Assembly: GCF_009914755.1 (NCBI RefSeq)
Contig: NC_060947.1
Strand: one strand, 5' to 3'
Source of the DNA: the human T2T-CHM13v2.0 reference genome, Homo sapiens
DNA: 64,000 nt
Within the stretch, counting starts at the first letter, position 1, and each line of letters begins with the position of its first letter. Shown in pieces: positions 17,926-36,129 of the stretch. The notes under the pieces are model-generated. The model saw only the letters and a list, made by a program, of their open reading frames with translations. It made no database searches and was not told where the DNA came from. Made by a program: the position numbers and the translations under genes.

Positions 17926-18369
17926 ACCTACATCTACCTATATATCCACATCCTAAAACCCAACTCAATTTGTATTAGAGTTGCTTCTTCCTCATTCATA
18001 AATGGATTCTCTAGATTTCACATATTTGGGGGAAAGATCTATTATAGAAGGTCTGTCTCTTGATCTTCTATTTTTATCAAGCTCCTACTAGGCAAAGGCT
18101 AACCAGAAAAACTCCAGAAGTAACTTCAGACTCCCTGAACCTTCCCCTACTTCATTCCTGCAGGTCTGTAAAATGCTTGGCTGCCTTCAGGCTGACACTG
18201 AACGTGCATTCTTGGCAAGATGCATTGAAGAAAAAACAACTCTTTTCTTTCTTTCACAAGCTGAAAGTGATTCTCAACAGAAAAAAAAAAAAAAAAAAAT
18301 CACAGTCTCAGCAAAGAGAGTTCCTGAAGGGTAGAAACTGTTTTCATGAAGCACAGTAGGACCGATTAT

Positions 18370-18500
18370 TGGTTTCAGTACTGATTTTGTGACTAACTGG
18401 CTCTGTGACCTTGGACAAGGAACACCCCTCATAGGCTTCGGTTTCCTCATCTGAAATATGAAGGCATTAAATGAAATGTTGAAAAGGCCCCTCGAACTCT
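18370..18500 (+). mobile_element. MIR/MIR3
   Basis: ctgtgaccttggacaagg...tttcctcatctgaaatatgaagg. Confidence 0.65.
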
Positions 18501-18602
18501 GAGTCCAATTCCAGCAAGATACTGCCGATTAGTCAAAGAAAAGGAAATTGTTAAATACAAATAGCATCTGCTCTTCACAAAGCAAAAGCAAACAAAATTC
18601 CA

Positions 18603-18734
18603 AGAAGCCCCAGCTTTCCCTCCCCTTCTACTCTGCTTTCATTGTTATCCAATCCCTGGCTGAGTTGTTACCCAATTAGCACACTGGTACCCCTAGCTTT
18701 CCCATTTAATGCCATTACAGAACAATCATCCCCA
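18603..18734 (+). repeat. Second copy of a local ~130-bp duplication (first copy 16389-16414 + 16739-16845)
   Basis: Manual alignment about 86% identical over ~107 nt. Confidence 0.9.
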
Positions 18735-19700
18735 TAATCCCTCAAATACTGGGCATGGATTCTAGAAGACAAACCTCTCCACATCAACCAAACAGGGAAA
18801 AAAATCAATATTTCCCATGTTTTAGAGCAAAAGAAATTCAGCATAGTGATGATGGTGGCAGAGGCATTTTCTTTACAATGCTCCAGGTTTGTTTTTTGTT
18901 TTTTTTCTGTACTCAACAAAAGTTGTAAGGGGCAGCTATAAAACACCTCAATGCCTTATTACCCACCCTCTTCCTCCCACCTAATGAATTCAGGATGGAT
19001 GAATTCAAGATTAGTCTCCAGCTGTCAATTGCCACATACATAATATATATTTTTCCAATCACAGAGAAAAGCTTTTCCATGACAGCCTGGCTCTGGAAAG
19101 AGTTGGAAGTTGAAGTGTGGCCCTCCTGCTTCTGGGAAGTCCTTAATGAAAACCTTTTGTAAAGAACTGCCTTGGAGTTCCTCATATGGCGCTATAGTGC
19201 TGGACTTACTGCTCACCACTTGTGAAAAATTCCAAGCTGCCTTAGGATAAAAATAATATGGGGAAGGACTTTGTCACTCGTTAGTAATGCCACACGTTTC
19301 CCAATATATACTACTCACTACATGAAAAGCAGCTGTGTTTGCCCTAAGAGGTCGACAGATGAGCAAAGAGGGGAGACTTTGGGAACTGCTCAACCAGCTG
19401 GTGTAGGCTCTTGGGGCAGAAAACAAAGAGGACAGGTATCACACCACCAAGATGTATTGCCATTATTCTATGACAAAGGAAACAGAACACAACCAGACCC
19501 TAATTAAACTGAGCTAGATTGCTCAACAGGGAAATCACTTGATCCTAGCCCTAATGGGGAGGAAATACTGAAAAGAAACCTTCCACTAATGCAATTTTTG
19601 CTGCCATCTGGGTCATTTCAAACAAAAGCACCCCTAGCCCCGATAAAGAACATCAAGACAGTTGAAATGCAAGCTACCTGCTTGCAGAAAGAGCCTTGGA

Positions 19701-19901
19701 CCCAGCACTTTGGGAGGCTGAGGTGGAGGATCGCTTGAGCCCAGGAGTTTGAGAGCACCCTGGGCAACAAGACAACAAAATCCCATCGCTACAAAAAATT
19801 TAAAAATTAGCCAGGCATGGTGGCACGTGCCTGTGGTCCCAGCTACTTGGGAGGCTGAGGTGGGAGTATCGCTTGGGGTTGGGATTCAAGGTTGCAATGA
19901 G
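19701..19901 (+). mobile_element. Truncated AluJ
   Basis: cccagcactttgggaggctgagg...aggttgcaatgag, then runs into the purine tract. Confidence 0.88.
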
Positions 19902-20324
19902 GAAAGACAGACAGAAAGAGAGAGAGAGGGAGAGAAAGAAAAAGAAAGAGAAAGAAAAAGAAAGAAAGAAGGAAGGAAGGGAAGGAGGGAGGGAGGGAGG
20001 AAAGAAAGAAGGGAGGGAAGAAAGAAAGAAAAAGAAAAGAAAAAGAGAGAGAGAAAGAAAGAAAGAAAAAGGAAGGAAGGAAGGAGGGAGGGAGGAAAGA
20101 AGAAGAAAGGGAAAGGGAAGAAAGAGAAAGAAGGAAAGAGAGAGAGAGAAAGAAAGAAAGAAAGGAAGGAAGGAAGGAAGGAAGGATGAAAGAAGAAAGG
20201 GAAAGGGAAGAAAGAAAGAAAGAGAGAGAGGGAGGGAGGGAGGGAGGGAGGGAAAAAGAAAGAAAGAAAGAGAAAGAGGAAAGGAAAAGAGAAAAGAAAA
20301 GAAAAAAGAAAAGAAAAGAAAAGG
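19902..20324. repeat. GA-rich polypurine low-complexity tract
   Basis: GAAA/GGAA/GGGA units; a single T (20187) after 19913. Confidence 0.97.
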
Positions 20325-20455
20325 CCTTGGAAAGGGAAACCAGGAAATCTGATTCTGGTCACAATTCCGACTCTAGCTCTAGGTCTCTGGAGAAGTAACT
20401 CTCTGTCTTGACTTTCTTTTCCCTACATATAAACCCAGTGGAGTAGATATGTAGC

Positions 20456-20747
<292 letters not shown>

Positions 20748-20864
20748 ATAGATGTGTAGCTTTCTAAACAACCTTCCAGGTCTGATGTTCTATAAGATAG
20801 AGCTAAAGGAAGATATAGGTATATAAGACAAGCGCCTGTCACCTGTTTCTCCAAACACAATGTT

Positions 20865-21305
20865 TTTTTTTTTTCAAACAGCTCTGAGATACGACTCACA
20901 CACCATAAAATGGCTCACAGAGCTGTACAACCATCACTGCAATCCAATCTTAAAAAATGTTCATGACCCCAAAGAGAAACCCTTTACCCATTAGCAGTCC
21001 CAATACATTCCAACCCCCCAGCTTAGCAATCACTAACCTGATACTCTCTCTAATAGATCTGCTTATCTGGACATTTCATATGAAAGGAATCATGAACAAT
21101 AGGTAGTCATTTATAACACTTTTCTCACTTATCCTAAGGTTTTCAAAGTTCATCCTTATTGTACCATGTGTCAGTACTTCATTACTTTTTATTGCCAAAT
21201 ACTATTCCATTGTATGTCTATACTACCTTTTATTTATCCATTTTTCAGTTGATGGACATTTAGAGGTTGTTTCCACTTTTTGGCCATTATAAATAATTCT
21301 ACTAT
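20865..21305 (-). mobile_element. L1MB-type 3' fragment
   Basis: ctggacatttcatatgaaaggaatcat...cagttgatggacatttag. Confidence 0.8.
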
Positions 21306-21820
<515 letters not shown>

Positions 21821-23230
21821 TGCCTTTACATTGCCCAAGGTTTAGCACTTGATACAAGCCTGGTAAAGGATCATGAGGGCCTTCCACTCCACTAGAAAAT
21901 AAAATCAGCTCAAGATTTCCAGGGTACTCCCATGGAAAAGTGTGTAACTTTCCAGATCCTCATAGGCTTTTAGGAAATTTCTGTAGTAACTGATTAGAGA
22001 AACAGATGCCAGATTAAACAAAAGGTTTTGGCTATGCTTAAAAAAAATAAGGCTATAAAAATGAGGCTGAAAGGTAAAGTTCCTTCATCACTCTAGAGTC
22101 TGATTGGAAAACTTTTCTTAACAGGCAAGTCAAGCTAAAATCTTCCCTACCCCAGCCTGGCACCATCCTCTACTCCCAAATAAGAATAGTTTCTTATAAA
22201 TGGACACACTGAAAGGTTGGCTTGGTTCACTTTTCAATCCTAGTTCCCACAGCAGCCACAGTCCAGCTACTCTGGAATCTGGTCTTGTGAGGAACTCCAA
22301 TGAATATGGCAATATATCACCTCTGTCAAATTCCATTTAGCATTGCTTCACATCTATTAATACTAACAGCAGTACCAAATGACATACCCATTATATTGAT
22401 CTGAGTTACTCTGGAGAAGATGTAAAATAACTCCATGTGCTCAGAGGCACTGATTAAATATCACTGGGAAAATGACAAGATACCTGCTGAGCAAGAATGC
22501 ATATTATATCACCAACTCCTCCCGCACACCATGGCACTACACCCATCCCAAAGGGATTAAAAGCTTTGGGGTCCCTCAGTATAGAACTATTCAGAACAGA
22601 ACTGAAGGGAATCAGGTGGAGACCTACCAAGAAGCATTCAATGAGAGGATAGTCAAGTAGGTCAGCAAGTCATCTACTCATGCTGGACATACTACTTGGA
22701 TTTTCCCTTTGCCTATTCTCCCAGAGTGAAGATGAATTGGCTCCTAAAGTTTATGATAGAATCAATTCACATTGTTTGACCATTTGACTAGCATGGTGGT
22801 AGCCAGAAAACAAAATAATAAAACCAGAAAGAACCGTAAATATTATTGACCAAGCCTCTAATTTTATAAAATGGGAAAACTGAGACCGACAAAACTAAAG
22901 ACATGTTTAAAGTCATATAGCTAGCTAGTGGCAGAATTGGAATCAACCCATCCTTCCAGGAAAGCAACCACTCACCAGATAGGTGCTCCGGTTGCCAAAG
23001 TGAAAGCTGCAAAGGTACCCCAAAAGGTGACCTTAATGTAAACATCTAAAACTCTAACTTTAAAAGCAAAGAATGTAAGACAGTGACCTTTTTTAAAAAA
23101 TTAAGATTGAGTTATTAAAACTATAGAATTATTTCTACTTTATCAATTTTATGTACATTTAGAGTACTGAATGCATCTTTTGGATTTTTTTTTTTTGAGA
23201 CAGGCTTGAGCCAATGCACCTGGACTGGAT

Positions 23231-23975
<745 letters not shown>

Positions 23976-24043
<68 letters not shown>
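23976..24043. repeat. (TA)~34 microsatellite
   Basis: Uninterrupted TA run. Confidence 0.97.
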
Positions 24044-24046
<3 letters not shown>

Positions 24047-24055
24047 ATACACAGA

Positions 24056-24393
24056 GGCTGGGCGTGATGGCTCACACCTATAATGCCAACACTTTGGGAG
24101 ACTGAGGTGGAAAAAACATTTGAGCCCAGGAGTTCAAGACCAACCTGAGCAACATGGCAGGACCGCATCTCTCCAAAAAAAAAAAAAAAAAAAAAAAAAA
24201 AATTAGTTAGCTAAGATTGGTAGTGTGTGCTTGTAGTCCCAACTACTCAGGAGGCTGAGTCCGGAAGATCCTTTGAGCCCAGGAGTTCGAAGTTGCAGTG
24301 AGCTATGATGGTGCCACTGTACTTAAAAGTATGCCACTCTGGGTGACAGAGTGAGACTCTGTCTCTTAAAACAAAAAAAAAAAAAAACAAAAA
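24056..24393 (+). mobile_element. AluJ with expanded central A-run
   Basis: Dimer, gcagtgagctatgat. Confidence 0.9.
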
Positions 24394-24452
24394 CATACTT
24401 ATAAAGCACATTATCCTTGGTTTGGAAAAGGGTATTTAGAAATTCTCTTTTA

Positions 24453-24806
<354 letters not shown>

Positions 24807-25296
24807 TTAAATACTGTCATTTACACTAAAATAATGTGAAATTTTATGTAAGCGTAAAATAAGGTCCTGTAATTGGGTTAGTCATTCCTTTCTCAAATCA
24901 TGAAACTATAATATGCCATGCAAAACATAGTAAGTCATAGAATGTTAGAGCTCAAAGTGGGTTTATAAACCTCCCACCCCAGCCCCATCTTTGTAAAGCC
25001 ACAGACCCTGGGGTCCCAGTGAAATCGCTTATCAAGGTCACAGATCCCATAACAGAACCAGCACCTTACTCAGGTATCTAGATGCCATGTCCAGGGTTTT
25101 GTCCCATTATACCATCATTTTGCCTCTGCTCATTTGCAAAGAGTATCCATTGTTGCTTCCCCAGGAAAGCCCCTATCTGAAGACTGTCATCCTCTATTTT
25201 CCTAGCCCATTAGAGTCCAAGAGCCAGACTTGTAGAGCTGTATCATTTAGCTCAGGGGTTGCAACCTGATTGAATCTGGCCTATGAAAATGTTTTA

Positions 25297-25527
<231 letters not shown>

Positions 25528-25604
25528 CTATACCCCAGATGACTCAAATTATTTGCTGTCCCCTTTATATTCTGTGTCACTCCCGCTACATGAAATGCCC
25601 TGTC

Positions 25605-26115
25605 CTGAATAGTGTCATGCAGTAGGATAAGCAGGGCCTTTAGAGTCAGGTCTAGGTTCTAATTCAGACACTTGCCCTTACTAGTTGAGAAAGTTACTTA
25701 ACTCATCTGAACTTCAGTTTCCTCATCTAAAAAATGGGAATAATAATCCTTATCTCAAAAATCTGTTACAAGATGTAATGCCTGACACATGGGAACAGCT
25801 AAACAAGTGATAGTGTTATTAATTCTACCCAACTCTGATGGTGCTTCTTCCTTGGCTTCTCCCTTGTGCTCCCACTGGGAAATCAGCTTTCCCTCTCATG
25901 TCATATATCATCAGGTCCACCTGTTCCCACTTTTATGGCTCTCATCTGTATCTACTACCTTATATGACAATCATTTCTATCCACGTCTTGTCTCTCCCAC
26001 CAGCCTAAGAACCTCTTGAAAGCAGTATCCATCTGTGACTCATTCTGTATGCCTGACAGCTCCAAGAACAATGACTTGAACACGGTATGTGTCCAAGTAT
26101 GTATTGAATGAATAG
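25605..26115 (+). mobile_element. MIR (25605-25810) and L2 3' end (~25830-26115)
   Basis: aacttcagtttcctcatctaaaaaatgggaataataat; gtattgaatgaat terminus. Confidence 0.6.
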
Positions 26116-26624
26116 TATGCATTCGCTAACTATATATAACACTTATTAGATGTGTCATGCTGCTTTGTGATATGAGCAGGGGCCACATCACTTGTTCTGA
26201 ATAATGCCTAGCCTCAGGGCTTAGCAAATATTCAAACAACATTGGGGACTGAAGCTACCAACATAAAAATAAAGGACAAACAGAAAAGTTGGCAATATAG
26301 TCACCTTTCAGAGGGATGGTATTTTTATTTTCCATTAGTTTAAGTTATAATCACCTTGCACTTCAACAATTATGAAGAGATCACATTTAAGCAAGAGGAG
26401 TTCCAACTACTTCTGCTTATGCATTTCCCTTCAGAAACCTACAGAAAATGACACATTCACCAACAGATATATTAAGAATCCGAAGATGTATTATCAACAA
26501 CTTTGTTTAGCCATTTCCATTTACAGATCATTTTCATAATCCATTAATTTCTTTGAGCCTCACAACAATCTTGGGAGGTGGGTATAATTACCCCGATTTT
26601 ACAGACGAAGTAAAAGTGATTTGG

Positions 26625-27540
<916 letters not shown>

Positions 27541-27915
27541 AGTGATTTGTGTTAGATCCCAAGATGGAGAAGCCAAGAACATAATCCTGATCTTCTAACT
27601 CCGATTCCAGTGTTCCTTTTTCCTTTTTCCTCAACACAGAGCAAGAACATAACTTTGTTTTGCTTCCACCCTACCTACTTTCAGAAAGTCGCTCCGCTGG
27701 CACAGTGTGAGGAAGGAGAGTGGGAGTATAAACATCACTGTGGTCAAGACAGTAGGAAACATCCTACCTTTGCCTCTAGCTAATCAGACTTTTAGAATCC
27801 ATGCAATTGAATGGAAAGAAATGGAGAATGGGTTAGCTGCTGGGTTTTATTTTCTACCTGTCCTATTTTTGGCTTTCTGTGTATACTCAGAAACAGAAAA
27901 CTACCACAAATTTCA

Positions 27916-28345
<430 letters not shown>

Positions 28346-28902
28346 AATAAAAACCTTTACTTGCCCCTAGCTTATGAAACTTTTGCTCTTCCACCATGTT
28401 TTATTGAACTACTTTTTTTCTTATAAATCTTAATCTCTCTGATATGCCTTAGCTGGTGATTTTTAGCATGCTTTTAGTTACCATCCACTTCACAAAGCCA
28501 TTCTGTTCCTAGGGCTTATGATGAGATTCGTTTTACTGGGGACACAGCACCAAGCAGTTTACTGTAATATATAAACAAAACAAAACAAAGCTGAAACATT
28601 CCTCCTTTTCCTTTCCGTGAACTCTCACCTTTCTACTTATGTAGCACAACCTGCATATCCTTAACCTCTTAAGGATCAGCATTTCAGATACTACTAGGAG
28701 TTTACTCTTGGTCAGGCCACAATAAGACAAATCATTAAAAGATCAAACACAATCAAATGACCTGCAGGAACTTCGACAGTGTACATATTCTGACCAAAAG
28801 TGGGCAGAGAGCATGTGAAGGAAAAGCACCGACTCCACAGGGCAAATCAGAAGGGCTGCACAAGAAATACCAGCTGGCAGCAGTTACCAACACACTACCA
28901 CT

Positions 28903-29256
<354 letters not shown>

Positions 29257-30260
29257 TGACTGCATCCGCCTAAGAAGGTTGCCACACTGGTCCTAGACCC
29301 TGTATTTGGTGATAAATTCACTCAAAACAAAGTTATAACCATATAGGACATACTTGCCAATGACTCTGAGTTTATTTTTCACAATCATCTTTCAGCCAAG
29401 AGAAAAAATTAATTATCACTCCACCCAATCATTACCCTCCATTCTTCTGTGTATATGCTTTGGCATAAAGGGTTGGCTTGCCTGCACTCTCGTTGGGGAT
29501 GTTTATTATTCTTTCTTTTACTCCAAGCCTCCTACCAACAAGCAGAAAAAAAACCTCCACACACAATGGGGGAAGGAGAGAGCTTCCCACAGCTGAGTCA
29601 GCTGTGAGCACTGGAAAAGCGAAGCTAGGTGAAGTTCCTTCAGCCCAGCAGCCCCCAACCCTATCCCTATTTTACTCCCTGGGGGCTGGGCCCCTTGTGG
29701 CAGGGACTAAGTAGTCAGCTCTTTGTTCCACACTCAAGCAGAATTCAGTGGCAGGTGAAGCCATCCAATAATCCTGAACTTAGACTGACCTTGACCTAAA
29801 CCATAGCTCAGTGTGATAAAGAAAATAATTCACTGGGGCAAAGGTGCTTTCCTTAAAAAATAACTTGCCATGGCGAATTTTTTACTGCCCCCCACACTTA
29901 TCTGTAGCAACCAGAGACCAGGACAAAATTATTATTCAAGCTGCTGACCTTAATCCCCAATTGTTTAGGAGGTGCTGGGGCAGTTCCTTGGTCAGCTTGG
30001 ATGTCACTTTGCCCCAGACAGGGGTGCTGAATATGTCTAACAGTACAGCAGATTGTCCCTTAAGAACAATCATCTGCCAAGTAAGGGTAATTGCTGAGCA
30101 AGAGGGTCCCTGGCACAGCTACGGATCACGTCTTATAAGGTCAAAACCACTAAAGGGAAAGGCCCAAAGTTCTGGTTGTATCCACCACTTTCCACTTCTA
30201 CTATCTCCACTCCCCAAGTGTGGGAAACCCATTTGCCTCAGAGATCTGGGCTGGGAGTCA

Positions 30261-30560
<300 letters not shown>

Positions 30561-30653
30561 TCAATGGCACAGTAGAGGAAGTAGAGGGGACGGACTGAGC
30601 GCGCGACCCGCTTAAGGAAGCTCATAGCCTCCGTCCCTTTGGAGGACAGGTAC

Positions 30654-30943
30654 CTGTTTCAGTGAGACTCCTGAGGAGCGCTGGCTGGTCCGGACAGAGA
30701 ACAGGCGCCCCGGCGATGGCTTCAGGGCCAGGGAGAGCTAACTATCGCAGTCGGATCCCGGCAGGGTGCTGCCTAGCAAGCAGCATGTCCCTTAGGCATC
30801 GCCTTCCCAGATAAGCAGCAAAAACCGCAGCCCGACTTGCCTCCGGAGACGGGCCGGATCCTTCCTGAGCAATTGCAAACGTGACACTTGGGCCCGCCCA
30901 AGGTGTAGGCGAGGTTAGAGCTGGAGCTGGGAACAGCCTCTCT
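30654..30943 (-). other. OPHN1: OPHN1 non-coding exon 1 (5' UTR); 5' boundary approximate
   Basis: Donor GAAACAG|GTACCT at 30654/30653, 143 nt upstream of the exon-2 acceptor, inside the CpG island. TSS not determinable from sequence. Confidence 0.7.
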
Positions 30944-31372
30944 ACAGGCTCCTCGCTCCGGAGCGAGCGGAAGACTTCCTTGGCCGAACTCCGCGGGCAA
31001 CCCGGATTGCACTGTCCCCTCCCCTTTCTTAAAGCCAACGCCTGCGCCCCGCCCCAGCGAAGCCCGAGGACCAAACCGGAGCGCTCTGGCTCCTTCCTCA
31101 ACTGTTTTCCTTGTACCTTAGAGTTTCCTGACCAGGGCCCGCTGGCTGCTAAGACTTCTTCCTGGTGCAAGGGAGCCGGCCGGCCGGCCGTCCTTTTAGG
31201 CGCCGGAAGGGTTAAGCCAGGGCGGCAATGAAACGTAGCCTCGCTCCATAGACACTGCAGCGGGAAGAGGAGGGCGAGAGCGCGACGCACAATAGCCGCG
31301 GTAGCCCAGCGCTTCCCTACGGAAACTGGGGAGCAGTCAGCGCCCTAGGACTCCAGCTGGAAAGCGTGGCGG

Positions 31373-31388
31373 CCTGGGAGATGTAGTC
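31373..31388 (-). promoter_or_regulatory. ZNF143/THAP11 (SBS) motif
   Basis: Minus strand GACTACATCTCCCAGG matches ACTACAnnTCCCA. Confidence 0.75.
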
Positions 31389-32117
31389 TTTCCGTTTGCA
31401 CTCCCCAAGACTCCTCCCTGCAGTCTCCCCACCACCCCGCCTGGGAGGCTGCTCTCCCAGAACGGCATTCCCAGCCTGCCGCAGGCTCCTGCGCAGGGAC
31501 CGGCCCCAAGGGGCAGGTGCGCGGCGCTGGACTCTGCGGGGGAAGTTTCCGAAACTAGAGCAAGAACCCGCAAGACTAGATTGCAGGAAGCCATCTCTCA
31601 CTTCCCATGATTCGGCTGGGTTGTGTATTCTTTTGCCTTCCCCTCTTTCCAGCCTCCTTCGGACCTACCAACTTCTTTTCCTCTTTCTTTTCCCATGTCT
31701 CCTGCTCTAAGTGCTCTAATTCCCTTGGGCCTTCGACCTGAAGGGTTGATTCCTACTCTAGGGTCTCCGTGAAGCTCAGTGCCCCCTGCCAAAGAAAGGG
31801 AGGCCATAATTCAGAGTTAATATTTTCCTGAATAGGACCTCAGAGCATGGCTTTTGTGGCAGACGCCGATAATGCATATGATTTTCCATGTGTAAGTGGA
31901 AAGTCTAAGAATAGGATGTTATAAATTGTCTTGCAGCTTACCTTAAAGGCAGCTGTCTTGAGACTAAGGGTAGGTAGAGGCTCGAAAAACTAAAAAATAG
32001 TTTGTGCGTGGGCAAAGAGATCCCTTTAATTCTGCAGAAGTGTTTACATTAGATTGCCCTGTGAAGAAAGCCAGAACGGAAGGGGGTTGTAAATAGAATA
32101 ATAGTGGCTGACCCACC

Positions 32118-32584
32118 TGAATTAGGGTCCTGTTGCTGCTGTGACAAATTACCACAAACTTGATGTCCTAAATCAGCATAAAGTTATAATCTACAGTTCC
32201 AGAAGGCAGAAATCAGAAATGGGCCTCACTGGGATCAAATCAAGATGTTAGAAGGGTTGTGTTCATTTTCAGATAGTCTAGGGGTAGAATCTGGTTCCTT
32301 ACCTTTTCCGGCTCAAGCTGCTCACATCCTTTGGCTCATAGCTCCCTTCCTCCGTCTTTAAAGCTAGCACTGGCCAGTCAAGTCTTTCTCATGCTACATC
32401 ACTGTGATTCTCATGCCTCCCCTTAAGGACCCTTATGATTACACTGGGTCCACAGGATAATCTCCCCCATCACATCATCCTTAATCACATCTGCAAATTT
32501 CATTTTGCCACATAAGATAACGTAGCCACAGGTTTCAGGACATGGACATCTGTGAAGGAGGAAACATTATTCTACCCACCACAC
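32118..32584 (-). mobile_element. MLT1C/D MaLR solo LTR
   Basis: ttgctgctgtgacaaattaccacaaacttg...atcaagatgttag...ccttaatcacatctgcaaa...ctacccaccaca. Confidence 0.8.
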
Positions 32585-32589
32585 AACCT

Positions 32590-32785
32590 ATCGCCCATCT
32601 CACTAATCTTCAAAACAACCCTATGAGGATGGTTTTATTATTATACCCATTTAAAGATGGAGAAGCTGGGTCAAAGAGAGTTTAAGTGACTTGCCGAAGG
32701 ACAAACAGCTAGTTAAATGGCAGCACTTGAACTTGAGCCCAGCCTGGCTGGCTCTAGAGGTAGTGCTCTTGACCACTACACTATA
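32590..32785 (-). mobile_element. MIR
   Basis: aacaaccctatgagg...tttaagtgacttgccgaaggacaaacagctag. Confidence 0.75.
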
Positions 32786-33107
32786 TAGCAGAATGGCAAT
32801 GAGAAAACGCCCTCTGAAAATAAATAAGTAGCCACATCTCAGGGGAAAGTTTTGTTTCTTACTCTTTTTATCTTTAAGGTTAATTTATGGGAAAATGTCC
32901 AAAATGAGCTTTAAATGCACCATGGGTTGAAAAATGCAGGTACTAAGGGAAGGTACCCATTCAATGGGTATATGGTCTTTCACACTAGTAAGTTTCCTTT
33001 TAGCATTCATTCACTCGTTTAACAAGCATTTTTTGAACACCTGCTATATACTTTTATTTATAAAGCCTATACATATATTTTCATCACTATAAAAATTGCC
33101 ATTGACA

Positions 33108-33438
33108 TTTTTTAAAATTTTATTTATTTATGTATTTTTTTGTTTGAGAAAGGGTCTCACCCTGTTGCCCAGGCTAAAGTGCAATCAATAGCTCAATCAC
33201 GGCTCCCTGCAGCCTCGACCTCCCTGGGCTCAGGTGATCCTCCCACCTCAGCCTCCTCCTGAGTAGCTAGGACTACAGGCACATGCCACCACACCTGGCC
33301 AATTTTTGTATTTTTTTGTAGAGACGGGGTTTCACCATGTTGGCTAGGCTAGTCTCAAACTCCTGGGCTAGAGGGATCCACCCACTGCAGCCCCCACCAA
33401 AGTGCTGGGATTACAGGTGTGAGCCACCGTGCCCAGCT
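33108..33438 (-). mobile_element. AluJ
   Basis: Dimer, TSD ttgacatt. Confidence 0.9.
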
Positions 33439-33613
33439 GCTGTTGACATTATTGATGTTAGATTCAATCATACTCATCTGAGTTCCTATACTCAAAGTGT
33501 TTTACAGTCATCTGTGTTATCCTTTATCTAGACAATGAAACTAAAGCACAGAAATAACAAATTCCCTAGACCAAATACCGAAGAAGAAACAGGGCTAAAA
33601 TTAGAACTCACAC

Positions 33614-33888
33614 GGCGTGGTGGCTCACGCTTGTAAACCCAGCACTTTGGGAGGTCAAGGCGGGCAGATCACCTGAGGTCAGGAGTTCAAGACCAGCCTG
33701 GCCAACATGGGGAAACCCCATCTCTATTAAAAATAAAAAATTAGCCAGGTGTAGTGGTGTGTGCCTGTAATCTCAGCTACTCAGGAGTCTGAGGCAGGAG
33801 AATCGCTTGAACCCAGAATGCAGAGGTTGCAGTGAGCCAAGATTGGGCCACTGCACTGCAGCCTGGATGACAGAGCAAGACTCCATCT

Positions 33889-33928
<40 letters not shown>
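33614..33928 (+). mobile_element. AluSx with long poly-A
   Basis: Dimer with ~40-nt A-tail. Confidence 0.93.
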
Positions 33929-33931
<3 letters not shown>

Positions 33932-34050
33932 AGTTCTTCAGATAATACTTGCATTCATCAAGCACTATCTTAATTGCTTTGCACAATTTCTCCCTGACCC
34001 TCACAGCTAACCCTATGTCACTGAGAGTCTTTAAAATTTTGTTCACATAA

Positions 34051-35340
<1,290 letters not shown>

Positions 35341-35480
35341 CATAAATAGAAAGTTAATTCTTTTTATTTCCTTGTGACCATAAGGCTTCATGGATTAAAA
35401 AGCTTCTGTGATTATTAAGCATACATAATAGAGTAAAATAATGCGAACACATTGTAATTATTATTAAATATAAAATTTTA

Positions 35481-35785
<305 letters not shown>

Positions 35786-36129
35786 GTTTATTGGAACTGC
35801 ATCTCTTAGTAAGATGGTTAAGAAAGAGGTAGGTTTCAGGGCATTGAGTTAAAGAAGATTCCTGAACACCAATATTTTAAATTCTTTCTATGTTTAGCCC
35901 CAAGGGTTTTTATACCTTGGGCCAAAGCACCATAGTAAGATTCTTGATGTTTAAAAGGTATGCTTTCCCTTTGAGATATTGAGCAAGGGAGGTAGGAAAG
36001 GAAAACTGGAGGTGAGTTCTCAGACAAATGATTTTTAGAAAAAGTGCTAAAGAAAATTGCGTATCCGGAAATTGGTTCACTTTCGGCTACCTGGTGACCT
36101 CAAAGCCGTTGGACAGTTTCCATGTGCCT

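Noticed and set aside
19749-20398. Lys/Arg/Glu-rich and Phe/Ser/Leu-rich ORFs
   Set aside because: Translations of the GA low-complexity tract
30742-31710. Several 80-180 aa ORFs in the promoter
   Set aside because: Expected stop-codon scarcity in a GC-rich CpG island; non-ATG starts; no homology recognised
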